A stretch of 64,000 nt of DNA from Bacteroidota bacterium (GCA_022703405.1 JAKLDT010000001.1:1523-65522); one strand, 5' to 3'. Positions 44,974-55,148 are shown, counted from the stretch's first letter. A program made the numbers and translations. Notes: generated by a model from the sequence alone, not told the origin.

Positions 44974-46851
44974 CTATTCTTTCTCTGCCAATATCTTCAT
45001 CTCCCTGGCAGTTGCGATAAGCCTGATCATCTCAGCCCTGTAACCATCATCATCCCTGCCCCTTGAATTCCTTGCCAGAGCTTCAGCGCTCTCAAATGTT
45101 GATGTGCCTTTGAATTCAGAATTCCTGAGCAGCATTCCGAATTCGGCTACAGCCGCTGCAAACCTGAGATTATCAGTAGCTTCTCCTGACTCTTTTACCC
45201 TTCCGCTTACAGCTTTATCAAGAAGTATACTTGTATTTCCATCAGCTTTCTTATAACGGATCTTTATTGTAAGATACTCACTTGAATATGAACCTGTTCC
45301 TGTTTTTGTTTCATCTCTTTTCTGATATTTCAGCGGATCAACTGATGGCACTTTTTCATCTGCCCCTGCAGGTACAAGTTCATAAAGGGCAGTCACATTA
45401 TGACCGGCACCCATTTCACCGGCATCCTTCCTGTCATCGTTAAAGTCCTCATCTGCCAGCAGCCGGTTTTCATAACCTATAAGCCTGTATGACTGTATTT
45501 TCAAAGGATTGAACTCTATCTGAAACTTAACATCCTTTGCAAGGGTAAATAATGTTCCCCCGAATTCCCGTACAAGGACTTTCCTTGCCTCCTGGAGGTT
45601 ATCGATATACGAGTAATTACCATTTCCCTTGTCTGCAATGATCTCCATTTTATCATCCTTAATATTGCCCATGCCAAATCCGAGAACTGTTATGTAAACT
45701 CCCTCTTCCCTCTTTTCCTCAACAAGTCTTTCCATGCCTCCGTTGCTTGATTCACCCACATTGAAATCTCCATCAGTTGCGAGGATGATCCTGTTGTTTC
45801 CACCCTTTATAAAATTCTTCTGTGCTACAGAATATGCAAGCCTGAGTCCTTCACCACCTGCAGTTGATCCACCTGCCTCAAGATTATCAATGGCTGCCAT
45901 TATTTTCTCCTTCATATTTCCCGGTGTTGATTCAAGAACGAGTCCTGCTGCTCCGGCATAAACCACAATGGCCACCTTATCAACTGGCCTGAGTTCATTC
46001 ACAAGAAGCCCGAAAGCTGATTTGAGCAGAGGAAGTTTGTTGGGAGAACTCATTGAACCTGAGACATCTAAAAGAAAAACAATATTTGACGGAGGAAGTG
46101 ATGTTTTATCTATGCTCTTTGCCTTCAGGCCCACATGGAGAAGGTGATGATTCCTGTCCCAGGGACAAACTGCAAGCTCGGTATATACTGAGAAAGGATG
46201 TTCCCCGTCTGGTTCTGGATAGTCGAACTTAAAATAGTTGATCATCTCCTCTATCCTCACAGCGTCAGCAGGCGGCAATTGTCCCATGTTTATGTACCTC
46301 CTTATGTTTGAATATGAGGCATTGTCAACATCAATTGAGAAGGTTGACAGAGGATTATTCATAACACTTTTAAATCCATTTTCATTTACTGATGCATAGC
46401 CTTCTGTATTGAAATTATCCCTCCTTCCAGTAAAAGCATTGCCGGCATCATACGTCATCATGGCATAAGGAGCAGCAACTGCCATACCCATTGATTTTGA
46501 TTCCATCCTGCTTTGCTCTTCCAATTTATGTTTTATAACATCTTTTTCCTGAACAGGCGAAGGATTCATAACAACATTTATAAGACTCCTTGCAGCTATC
46601 TTTTCTGTTACTGTGGTATATCCCTGTAACGAAAAAACAAGCATAAGAGATTTGTCCTCAGGAGTTATCCTGTAAAAGCCGTTATTGCCTGTAAAGGCAG
46701 TCGCTGAACCTGGTTTTGCCTTAACCAATACACCTGGCAAAGGGTTTCCTGCAGCATCTGTCACAGTACCGGTGATTGTTACCGGTATTGTGTGTGAAGT
46801 AAGCATTATGCTAATGATTACTATTGAAATAAATGACATTGTTGTTTTCAT
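44974..46851 (-). CDS. von Willebrand factor type A domain protein with N-terminal carboxypeptidase-regulatory-like domain
   Basis: MIDAS motif LLDVSGSMS. N-terminal ITGTVTDAAGNPLPGVLV beta-sandwich motif. Signal peptide present. Confidence 0.8.
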   Translation of the reverse strand: MKTTMSFISIVIISIMLTSHTIPVTITGTVTDAAGNPLPGVLVKAKPGSATAFTGNNGFYRITPEDKSLMLVFSLQGYTTVTEKIAARSLINVVMNPSPVQEKDVIKHKLEEQSRMESKSMGMAVAAPYAMMTYDAGNAFTGRRDNFNTEGYASVNENGFKSVMNNPLSTFSIDVDNASYSNIRRYINMGQLPPADAVRIEEMINYFKFDYPEPDGEHPFSVYTELAVCPWDRNHHLLHVGLKAKSIDKTSLPPSNIVFLLDVSGSMSSPNKLPLLKSAFGLLVNELRPVDKVAIVVYAGAAGLVLESTPGNMKEKIMAAIDNLEAGGSTAGGEGLRLAYSVAQKNFIKGGNNRIILATDGDFNVGESSNGGMERLVEEKREEGVYITVLGFGMGNIKDDKMEIIADKGNGNYSYIDNLQEARKVLVREFGGTLFTLAKDVKFQIEFNPLKIQSYRLIGYENRLLADEDFNDDRKDAGEMGAGHNVTALYELVPAGADEKVPSVDPLKYQKRDETKTGTGSYSSEYLTIKIRYKKADGNTSILLDKAVSGRVKESGEATDNLRFAAAVAEFGMLLRNSEFKGTSTFESAEALARNSRGRDDDGYRAEMIRLIATAREMKILAEKE

Positions 46852-46953
46852 GACAAAAAATTTTGGTTAAACTTTTTATACATGATGCAGACTTCCGGCA
46901 GATTCCATAAAAAGAGGGCACAATTTTTGTAAATTGCTGAAAAACAAGGACTG

Positions 46954-47541
46954 TTGCAGTTCAGGAAAACATATCAACATAACAGTGAGAGTACAGACGA
47001 TGAACTCCTCGAGAATTTTACCTCCACGGGCGATCCGGAACTTCTCGGGAAACTGTACCTGCGATACATGCATCTTGTGTATGGAGTATGCCTGAAGTAT
47101 CTTAAAAACAGGGAGGAAGCTTCTGATACAGTTATGCAGATCTTTGAAAAACTAATTACAGAAATACCCAGACAGAAAATAGAGAACTTCAGGAGCTGGC
47201 TTCATGTTGTAAGCCGGAATTATTGCCTGATGCATCTCAGATCAGAGAAGTCAAAGGCTGAAAAATTAAATGAATGGATAAATGATCCTGTAGTTTTTAT
47301 GGAAAATACTGTTTCAATGCATCCTGTTGATGAAGACAACCCACAACTTGACAAAAAACTTGAGGAATGCATTGGCAGACTTAAGTCGGAACAGAAATTA
47401 TGCATATCCCTTTTCTATTTTGAAAACAGGTGTTACAGGGATATTGCTGCAAGCACAGGTCTGGATGAGAATAAGGTTAAGAGTCATTTGCAGAATGCTA
47501 AAAGAAATCTGAAAATCTGTCTTGAAGAGAGAAATGGATAG
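46954..47541 (+). CDS. ECF-type RNA polymerase sigma factor
   Basis: Region 2 (LLGKLYLRYMHLVYGVCLKYL...FRSWLHVVSRN) and region 4 HTH (CYRDIAASTGLDENKVKSHLQNAKRNL). There is no in-frame ATG upstream of region 2, so a TTG start is assumed. Confidence 0.75.
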   Translation: MQFRKTYQHNSESTDDELLENFTSTGDPELLGKLYLRYMHLVYGVCLKYLKNREEASDTVMQIFEKLITEIPRQKIENFRSWLHVVSRNYCLMHLRSEKSKAEKLNEWINDPVVFMENTVSMHPVDEDNPQLDKKLEECIGRLKSEQKLCISLFYFENRCYRDIAASTGLDENKVKSHLQNAKRNLKICLEERNG

Positions 47542-48523
47542 GAAAAACAAAAACGGAGTATCACGACCTGATGATTTTATAAGGTACAGTAAGGATGGAA
47601 TGTCAGGCAGCGAGAGAAACTCTTTTGAAAAAGAGCTTCAGAAGGATCCATTTGCAGAGGAGGCTGCAGAAGGATTTTCATTTCTTCAGTCGTCAGAGCT
47701 TGAACAGGATCTTAAAACGCTTGAAGACAGAATCAGAAAGCGGACTGCAAAAAGGTCATATACTGCAATTTACCGCATTGTTGCCGGTTTTGCATTACTT
47801 GTCTCAATATCAGTTGCTTATTACTATTCCACAAGAAGCAGGGAAGAGACAGTGCTGACAGATGCTTTAATTATCAATCAGGATACAAGCGCCGGGAATG
47901 AGCTCGTAATTGCACAGGCTGAACCTCTGAGGAAAGCCCGCGAATCCATTTCAGTTCCACTTACCCCCATATCCCCGTCTCCATCACTAAAATTAAAACA
48001 GACTGATATCCAGACTACTGCATCCATGAAAGCAGAGGAAAATGACGCTGTTAAGGAAGAAATGAAAGACATTGAAGCACTGCCTTCCGACACGAAAGCT
48101 GCCGTAAACAGGTTAGCCGAAGCTGCTGCAGATGAAGCCGGAATATTACAGGGACAGGAAGCAGACAAGAAAGGTGAATACAGGAGGATATCAGGACTGG
48201 CTGCCCCTGCTGCTGCAAAGAGCAGTCTGGCAGCGGAACACCAGGCTCCAGTGCCTGTGACAGGAATTGACAGTTTTAATATTTACCTTGAAAAGAATCT
48301 GAGGAATCCTGAACCTGAAGGTAAAGCGGAACTGTTTGTGCTTGTAAGTTTCATTGTTAAGCCTGACAGTACTGTTTCAAAAATCAGGATAATTGAATCT
48401 CCCGGAAAGAAATGGTCTGATGAGGCTAAACGCCTTATAATTGAGGGTCCCCGCTGGGTCCCAGCATCTTTAAACGGAAACCTCATGGAAGAGACGATTA
48501 CAATAAAAATACACTTCAGGTAA
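47534..48523 (+). CDS. Putative anti-sigma factor with one transmembrane helix and a TonB-C-like C-terminal domain
   Basis: Overlaps the sigma gene stop by 8 nt. It has a central hydrophobic helix (IYRIVAGFALLVSISVAYYY) and a Pro/Ala-rich linker. The C-terminal beta-rich segment resembles the TonB C-terminal fold. Confidence 0.45.
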   Translation: MDRKNKNGVSRPDDFIRYSKDGMSGSERNSFEKELQKDPFAEEAAEGFSFLQSSELEQDLKTLEDRIRKRTAKRSYTAIYRIVAGFALLVSISVAYYYSTRSREETVLTDALIINQDTSAGNELVIAQAEPLRKARESISVPLTPISPSPSLKLKQTDIQTTASMKAEENDAVKEEMKDIEALPSDTKAAVNRLAEAAADEAGILQGQEADKKGEYRRISGLAAPAAAKSSLAAEHQAPVPVTGIDSFNIYLEKNLRNPEPEGKAELFVLVSFIVKPDSTVSKIRIIESPGKKWSDEAKRLIIEGPRWVPASLNGNLMEETITIKIHFR

Positions 48524-48528
48524 CCGCC

Positions 48529-49110
48529 CTAAGAAATATTTATATTGTATTTATAAAGAAGTCCGGGTATACCTGACAGGGAAAAAGCTGCCTGCCTAAT
48601 TTTGTTTCGTTCGGGATCAATTGAATAGTTGATTGCCGTTTTAAGATCGGCTTTCTCGAGTATGGAATCCATAAAAACAGCTCGGTCAAGATCGCAATTC
48701 TCAAACTTTGATCCGGAAAGATCTGTTCCGGTAAAATCAGCCTCCCTGAGAGAGCATGAAAGAAAGGGCGTTTTATTAATCTTCATTTTCATGAAGGAAG
48801 CCAGGTCAAGTCCGCATTTTCCGAAGGAAATTGAAAGGAAGGTGCTTTTGCATCCGCTGAAATCAGTTCCCGTCAGCTTGCATCCTGTGAAAGCAACCTC
48901 CCTCAGACCTGTATTTCCGAATCGGACAAGACTCAGATCACAGTTCTCAAACCGGCAGTCAGTGAGGTTAGCCCCGGAAAAATAACACTTGGAAAAACTG
49001 CAGTTAATAAATGTACATGCATCAAATTCCTTTTCAGTAAGATCAGCTTCCTGAAAATCAATATTCTTAAATGTCTGATCAATAATAATATTATCTACCT
49101 GCTTGCTCAT
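48529..49110 (-). CDS. Pentapeptide-repeat protein
   Basis: Repeated A(D/N)LxX units throughout (ADLTE, ANLTD, CDLSL, TDFSG, TDLSG, CDLDR). Confidence 0.8.
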   Translation of the reverse strand: MSKQVDNIIIDQTFKNIDFQEADLTEKEFDACTFINCSFSKCYFSGANLTDCRFENCDLSLVRFGNTGLREVAFTGCKLTGTDFSGCKSTFLSISFGKCGLDLASFMKMKINKTPFLSCSLREADFTGTDLSGSKFENCDLDRAVFMDSILEKADLKTAINYSIDPERNKIRQAAFSLSGIPGLLYKYNINIS

Positions 49111-49339
49111 TACTATTTTCGCTTCCTTAAATTAATATTCTTCCTCAATTATACTCTTCATTTTTTACCTCTGGCATTTTCTTCACCATTCTCAGAGTTG
49201 CCAATCTAAGTGTTTTTGATTTGAACGATGAAGGTGTTTACATTTCTCCTCCTTTTGAAGGAGGGGAAACTTTTTTGACATATTTCTGGAAATCATAATC
49301 CCTAAGTTTGATGGCTTTTGTGCCACCCTCACAAAGCCT

Positions 49340-50824
49340 TTATTCAATCTGTTGTTGTATCACATCCTCAATAGTCCTGCTGCAAACCTTGCAGAACGTC
49401 AGATGTCTGGTGTACATAATACAGTCAACCTGAGGCCTGTACAGTCCCTTTGCCAGATATCCTGCACCTTCAAAAGCCCCAACCTTATCGCGGTATTTTT
49501 CTGATGCAAAGAATTGATCTTCCTGCTGCATCTGCTTCCTGAAGAGCTCTTCCATAACACTCTCCGGGGCCAAAACCTTCCTTATGCTGTCGCGTTCCCT
49601 CTGAATTGCATAACCTGCTTTGTCAAATGCCTCCTTGTTCCAGGGAGTGGGCAGAGGCGTTCCCTCCTCCAGAAGATCCTTCCATTTAAGGTTTTCCTTG
49701 TCGAAAAGAGCTGTAATATTTGTCTCCCAGGGTTCAACTTTAACCTCGGGCATCTCGTATGCAACTGATGAAGTGTAATATTCATCGGCAAGCGCAGCAA
49801 GATGATGACCCATTTCATGTATCATTATGTACTCTGCAAAATTATTATCAGCCGATACAGTTGTATACAGATTATATATACCACCGCCACCATAGGTTCT
49901 CTCGTTTACAAGTATCACCATAATATCATAAGGCACTGCAGAGGCTATATCCCTTATTGTTCTGTTATCATAGCTGAGCGCATAGCGTTCAGAATCGAAA
50001 CTGCTGTAATGAACAGTCAGGGGTGTACGGCTGAAAACGCCATGATGCGGCTTATTCACACCTGAGCCGGGTGAAGGAGTCTCTATAGCACGTATATTGA
50101 AATCATCAGCATGTCTGCTGAAAGGCTCCCTGCTCATAAGGAAACCAGACAGTCTTTTTGCATCCTTTCTGAATTTCTCCATCCCGGCCTGAGTATATCC
50201 GTCACCCAGTATTACGAGATCCACTTTTTTCTCAGCAGGGCCATTCTCACTTATCACATATATCTTTTCATTATGTACAAGGTCGGCAGGATTGACTTTC
50301 CTCGCCGCAGGATCAGGATCGATATCAGTTGTCCATACTATGTTGAATCTGTTAAGATTGTTTCTTTTCTTAAGAATGACCCTGACAGGCTTCAAAGGCC
50401 ACGGGAACCGTACCGATTCATGAAAAGTGCCCCATACTTCCGATGCTTCGGGAGTTGACTGCCATTCACCAAAAATACTACCGAATCCCCTGGAATACAA
50501 TAATATACTGCTTTCCCTGTCTATAACTTCATAAAAATAACTTCCCAGTTCAAGCGCATCGCAAAGGGCATGTTTGCTCCCGCTCCATCTACCGTCTGAT
50601 ACTATCCTGTCAGTAGAAAAATGCTCCTCTTCAGCAGTTCCGGAATGGAAATAATCAAGGCGCATGGTTTTATCAGTGAAATACCTGCTGAATTCAACAT
50701 TACCGTTATTAATAACCTTCAGCGTGTCATTATTCACAGAAACTGCGGCTGTATCACCTGTGCTCTTTTTGCCGCATGACATCACTGCCAGAAAGGTCAG
50801 AAGATAAAAAAATGATCTTTTCAT
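49340..50824 (-). CDS. M64-family (IgA-peptidase-like) zinc metallopeptidase, lipoprotein
   Basis: HEMGHHLAALADEY zinc-binding motif. Lipoprotein signal (LAVMSCG). Confidence 0.75.
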   Translation of the reverse strand: MKRSFFYLLTFLAVMSCGKKSTGDTAAVSVNNDTLKVINNGNVEFSRYFTDKTMRLDYFHSGTAEEEHFSTDRIVSDGRWSGSKHALCDALELGSYFYEVIDRESSILLYSRGFGSIFGEWQSTPEASEVWGTFHESVRFPWPLKPVRVILKKRNNLNRFNIVWTTDIDPDPAARKVNPADLVHNEKIYVISENGPAEKKVDLVILGDGYTQAGMEKFRKDAKRLSGFLMSREPFSRHADDFNIRAIETPSPGSGVNKPHHGVFSRTPLTVHYSSFDSERYALSYDNRTIRDIASAVPYDIMVILVNERTYGGGGIYNLYTTVSADNNFAEYIMIHEMGHHLAALADEYYTSSVAYEMPEVKVEPWETNITALFDKENLKWKDLLEEGTPLPTPWNKEAFDKAGYAIQRERDSIRKVLAPESVMEELFRKQMQQEDQFFASEKYRDKVGAFEGAGYLAKGLYRPQVDCIMYTRHLTFCKVCSRTIEDVIQQQIE

Positions 50825-50947
50825 GTTTTCAATATTATTATACTTTAAAGGTATATCTTTTTATTTAGTTACATTTATCCGGATAAAGACAGATTGGCCT
50901 GAACATCACAGGCAGGATTTTAATTCTTACAAGGATCAGACAAGGTT

Positions 50948-52990
50948 ATGGGAACTGCTTTCAAGTACAATATATTTATTTTCAGATTATTATTTATCAC
51001 AATCTTACTACTGCCTTTTCCTTCTTCAGTACAAAATGCATACACCCAGGGAAAGGGCACTCCAGCCTTCAGGTTACTGACAAGATATAGCTTCTACTCC
51101 TATGAAAAGTCAGGAGAATTCCTGCTTCATGTCCCTTCAAACCTGCGGCAGACTCATCTCAGCGTGACAGTATTGTCAGGAACTGATTCACTTTGTTCAT
51201 GGAAAGGAATTGCAGCCAATAATGTAATACGCATGCAGTTTGCTCTTAAGGAAAGCCAATCAGTATATCCGGCAGAGGCTATTATTTCGATAAGCGGCAA
51301 CAGGGCAATTCAGTACAGAGCTCTTACAAATATCACAAAGCTTCCATACAAGACAAATGAAGTAAAGACCGACAGGCTCACAGGCGCCGTTATTGTAAAC
51401 AGGAAACCCCAGTTCCCGTTCGGCTTTTATTGTTATTCTCCTGTCAGCCCCACAATCCAGGAAGAGGAAATAGTCCGCGGTTTCAGTATGATCTCACCCT
51501 ATCAGAAAATACATCCGAATACAATAAGCGAACGCAGGGCTTACATGGACAGATGTGCAGAACTGGGGATGAAGGTGCATTATAGCCTGTTAACTGTTTC
51601 GGCATCAACCGGACCAAAGGCGGATACAATTTCCGAAGAAGAAAAAAACAGGAGGCTTGTAAATGAAGTAAAAGCCTTCATGAATCACCCTGCTCTTCTG
51701 GCATGGTACATATCAGATGAGCCGAATGGCTATAAGATCCCTCCGGAAATTCTGGAGAAAATATACAATACAGTAAAAGAGCTCGATCCCTGGCACCCTG
51801 TAACAATGGTTTTCATGGCGCCTTTCATGGCATCGAGGCAATATGCTTCTGCCTTTGACATAGTTATGGCCGACCCCTACCCTGTTCCGCGCACTCCTGT
51901 AAACATGGTAAGTGACCTCGGAAAACAGCTCAGAGATGAATTTTACGGAAAACAGCCCCAATGGATGGTGATTCAGCAGTTCGGCGGAGGTGAATGGTGG
52001 GAAAGGGAGCCTACAATACAGGAAAGCAGGTCGATGACCTGGCAGGCAATAATAAACGGAGCTACAGGCATTCAGTACTTTGTCCGCTGGGGGCCGAATT
52101 TCTTCCCTAAATCAACAGCTGCCTGGAATGAATGCGGACGTATGGCGCTTGAAGTGGCGGAAATGTCACCCTGGCTTCTTTCTGATGAAAAAGCAAATCA
52201 TGTTACTTCATCATCAGCTGATATTGATGTAACCTCGAGGCTGCACAATGGGAAACTGGCCATTTTTGCCGTGAACAAAGTGAATAAACCCCTTTCGCTT
52301 AATGTCAGCATATCAGGCATTTACGGAGGAACCGCAGATGTGATTTTCGAAAACAGGAAGATAGACTTAAATGTCAATACAATTAATGACCACCTGCCTG
52401 CTTTTGGTTCTCAGGTTTATCTGATTGACCTCAGAAAGGCAGCTGCAGAATCTGTATCTGACAAAAAAAATCTTATAACTGATCCCGGATTTGAAACAGT
52501 CTCAACACCCGGAATCCCCACAGCATCTTATGCCCGTGCCGGAACAGACAAGGGATCAACATATTTTACTGACACAAGGGAGTATGTCAGTGGCAGTCAT
52601 TCCCTGAGGCTGCAGACACCAAGGGAAGGCCAGGGAGTTACTCTGAGGTTTTTCCCGTGCAAGGTGTCGGCCGGCAAATCATACATAATTTCCTTATGGG
52701 CCAGGTCGGAACCGGAACAAAGGTTTATTGCAATATACGACACTATAAATCAGTGCTATACAAACTCCCAGCTTAAACCTCAATATGCAGAGATCTCATT
52801 CGGCGAGTTTCATACTGCACGTTTTGTGCCTGAAGAAAGGTGGAAGCAATTTGTAACATTTGTTACAATTCCATCCGACACCACTGCAACTGTCCGGACA
52901 AATCTGAGTCTCAGCATGCCAGGTCAGGGTGTAGCATGGTTTGATGAGATACGTGTTGTTGAAGAGGCAGATAGATCTGTACAGCATTGA
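50948..52990 (+). CDS. Exported protein with glycosidase-like central region and C-terminal carbohydrate-binding-like domain
   Basis: Signal peptide. The AWYISDEPNG segment is typical of TIM-barrel glycosidase-like proteins. The C-terminus ITDPGFE...GSHSLRL resembles CBM4/9-type modules. No firm family assignment. Confidence 0.4.
   Translation: MGTAFKYNIFIFRLLFITILLLPFPSSVQNAYTQGKGTPAFRLLTRYSFYSYEKSGEFLLHVPSNLRQTHLSVTVLSGTDSLCSWKGIAANNVIRMQFALKESQSVYPAEAIISISGNRAIQYRALTNITKLPYKTNEVKTDRLTGAVIVNRKPQFPFGFYCYSPVSPTIQEEEIVRGFSMISPYQKIHPNTISERRAYMDRCAELGMKVHYSLLTVSASTGPKADTISEEEKNRRLVNEVKAFMNHPALLAWYISDEPNGYKIPPEILEKIYNTVKELDPWHPVTMVFMAPFMASRQYASAFDIVMADPYPVPRTPVNMVSDLGKQLRDEFYGKQPQWMVIQQFGGGEWWEREPTIQESRSMTWQAIINGATGIQYFVRWGPNFFPKSTAAWNECGRMALEVAEMSPWLLSDEKANHVTSSSADIDVTSRLHNGKLAIFAVNKVNKPLSLNVSISGIYGGTADVIFENRKIDLNVNTINDHLPAFGSQVYLIDLRKAAAESVSDKKNLITDPGFETVSTPGIPTASYARAGTDKGSTYFTDTREYVSGSHSLRLQTPREGQGVTLRFFPCKVSAGKSYIISLWARSEPEQRFIAIYDTINQCYTNSQLKPQYAEISFGEFHTARFVPEERWKQFVTFVTIPSDTTATVRTNLSLSMPGQGVAWFDEIRVVEEADRSVQH
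52875..52950 (+). repeat. 76-bp direct repeat, copy 1 (inside the 3' end of the 50948-52990 gene)
   Basis: 73/76 identical to 54953-55028. Lower-identity similarity continues for about 60 bp past each copy. Confidence 0.9.
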
Positions 52991-53039
52991 TAATGACGTG
53001 TTAATGCAGCAATTTTCCTTTTTTAACAGTCTTTATGCA

Positions 53040-53265
53040 TGTATTTTCAGCTACAAATTATTGAAAGGTGACACCAGATCAGCGCTTTTTGAACCAGATA
53101 AAATAATTCCTACTGTAAAAACTTCAAGGAATAACCTGCCTAAGCAACTCGGCAACTGGGGAAATATTGGTGTTTATACATACCTGCTTCTTCCTGATAA
53201 TATGAATGTTAAAGCTTTTGAATCCAAAATTCATGGCATGTATGAGGCTTATATGAAGGAGTTAG
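53040..53265 (+). pseudogene. Decayed fragment of an FtsX/MacB-type permease paralog
   Basis: Translation SRNNLPKQLGNWGNIGVYTYLLLPDNMNVKAFESKIHGMYEAYMK parallels ARNNLPKQLGSWGNFGVFTYLLFPENFDIKPFETKIQAMYDAYMK of the 55149-57521 gene. It has an internal deletion and lacks the N- and C-terminal parts. Confidence 0.8.
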
Positions 53266-53531
53266 GCGTCAGAGTTCACCAAAACGACAGCCCGTCTTCG
53301 TTAGAGAATTTATCATGACAATTATATTTCTTTTGTTCTAGTAACCTGACTCCTCACTTAACTTATCAAATTTTATCTTGAAATGACAACTCTTACTCAT
53401 CTACCAGGATTTGAAACCTCGGCGCCTAACTAAAAAATCGATTTTTTAATAATTGTTTTGTTTAGGTAAATTAATTTATCTTCAACTATTTTGTTAGAAG
53501 AAATTGACTGCTAAAGTTTAAAAACAATATT

Positions 53532-53963
53532 ATGAGACACTTAACTTATTTTTTGTTTATCATGCTATTAGTGATAGGTTCATGCACTAAAGAAAAACAA
53601 AGCCCTCCACCCGAGCTTATTGGATATTGGCAATGGGAAATTACCCACCAAGGTCTTCCCATTTACGATTTAACACCTGAGAACACTGGAATTGAAAAAA
53701 TACTTGTGCTAACAGAAGATTTCGGATGGAAAAAATTTGAAAATGATATTATAGTCGATTCTGGTACTTTTTCAATTGGCCATGGGACTTATTCACCATC
53801 AGTTTATAAAACTTGGATTTATGATAGCATAGTCTTCCATAACCCAGTGAAAACGATACCTGCAAATTGGGATTTTTATGAAATAGAGGCTGATACATTA
53901 ACCTTTTGTTGTTGCTTTCGAGGATATGCTGGATGTTATAAAACAAAATATATTAAACATTAA
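53532..53963 (+). CDS. Small lipoprotein of unknown function (intact copy of a tandem pair)
   Basis: Lipobox LVIGSC. 143 aa. The paralogous sequence lies about 590 bp downstream. Confidence 0.6.
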   Translation: MRHLTYFLFIMLLVIGSCTKEKQSPPPELIGYWQWEITHQGLPIYDLTPENTGIEKILVLTEDFGWKKFENDIIVDSGTFSIGHGTYSPSVYKTWIYDSIVFHNPVKTIPANWDFYEIEADTLTFCCCFRGYAGCYKTKYIKH

Positions 53964-54124
53964 AAATAGAATTACGTCTCTTTTTCTTTCCCAAATCCGA
54001 GTAACTATTCGAATCCATAGCTAATATAGATTCATTTTTATATAAATTGCTTTTGGTTAAAGATAATGATTAACCTTTAACTATTTTCTGAAGAAGTATG
54101 ATTGCATTTTTTATAAAACTTATT

Positions 54125-54552
54125 ATGAGATACTTAACCTGTTTTATGCTTATCATATTATTAGTGATAGGTTCATGCACTAAAGAACAAACAGCGCCCC
54201 CTGAACTTTTTGGAAACTGGTGATGGAAAATTTCTTACGGATTCAATCTATAGCCGATAAAACCCCTGAGAACACCGGGATTGAAAAACTACTTGTCCTA
54301 TCAGAAGATTTTAAATGGGAAAAATTAGAAAAAAATAGTCTAGTCAACTCAGGTCGCTTTTCAGTAGGACATGGGACATATATAAATTATTTTAGGAATT
54401 TGAGTTATGATAGCATAGTTTTCCATAAACCTGGTGAAATTAAAATCACGGACTGGGATTATTATGAAGTAGATGCGGATACTTTAACCTTTTGTGCGTG
54501 CTTTGCGGGGTTTACTGGAATGAAAACAATTTATGTCAGGCAAGTACAATAA
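54125..54552 (+). pseudogene. Inactivated paralog of the small lipoprotein gene
   Basis: Same signal/lipobox (MRYLTCFMLIILLVIGSC). There is an in-frame TGA at 54221 after 32 codons, and the homologous remainder (PENTGIEKLLVLSEDF...DADTLTFCACF) continues in another frame. Confidence 0.75.
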
Positions 54553-54664
54553 TTAAATATTTATACTATGAAAAGAAATATTATGTTTACTTATTTATCT
54601 AACTCACCTTCTCCAGGAAAATTATTTTCTTAATATTACAAAAATAGTGATAATCATTCTTTTA

Positions 54665-54706
54665 TCATCTTCATCTTCATCTTCATCTTTATCTTTATCT
54701 TTATTT
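54665..54706. repeat. Hexanucleotide simple repeat (TCATCT)4(TTATCT)2
   Basis: Read directly. It produces the low-complexity Ser/Leu N-terminus of the track ORF 54647-54985. Confidence 0.9.
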
Positions 54707-54745
54707 TTTTCCCAAACAAAAAATATAAACTATACGGGTGGGGCT

Positions 54746-54952
54746 ATGCCTATATCACAGGAAGAATATGAAAAATTGCCAAAAGTTAATTGGGACACAT
54801 TAGACAAGTACTCTAATCCAAGTGTCTTTTTAGAACGTGCTTTAAATGGTACCGTAACACTTGTCACACCTCCAATCGGAGACCAAGGAGCCAATATCGG
54901 CTCTTGTGTAGGATGGGCAGTTGGTTATACAGCGTTAGGCATACTTACATAC
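54746..54952 (+). pseudogene. N-terminal fragment of a papain-like (C1-type) cysteine peptidase, truncated at the repeat junction
   Basis: PPIGDQGANIGSCVGWAVGY resembles the DQGxxGSC(W) catalytic-Cys region. The reading frame runs straight into the unrelated 76-bp repeat at 54953. Confidence 0.4.
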
Positions 54953-55028
54953 CCGACACCACTGCAACTGTCCGGACAAATCTGATTCTCAGCATGCCTG
55001 GCCAGGGTGTAGCATGGTTTGATGAGAT
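54953..55028 (+). repeat. 76-bp direct repeat, copy 2 (orphan 3' gene fragment upstream of the permease)
   Basis: Begins abruptly at 54953. Would encode ...DTTATVRTNLILSMPGQGVAWFDEIRVIEEK-stop, which is the tail of a paralog of the 50948-52990 gene. Confidence 0.9.
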
Positions 55029-55148
55029 CAGGGTGATTGAGGAGAAATAAACGACGAGTGTTAATGCAGGGTTAATGCAGCGATTTTACTTTTTCTGCAG
55101 TCATTATTGATGTAACTTTAATCCTTATTATCCACAAGAAATTGCCTC

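Noticed and set aside
54647-54985. 112-aa ORF in the track that could be taken as an intact gene.
   Set aside because: The N-terminus is translated from a hexanucleotide simple repeat. The middle is a peptidase fragment, and the C-terminus reads into the unrelated 76-bp repeat. It is a chimeric remnant.
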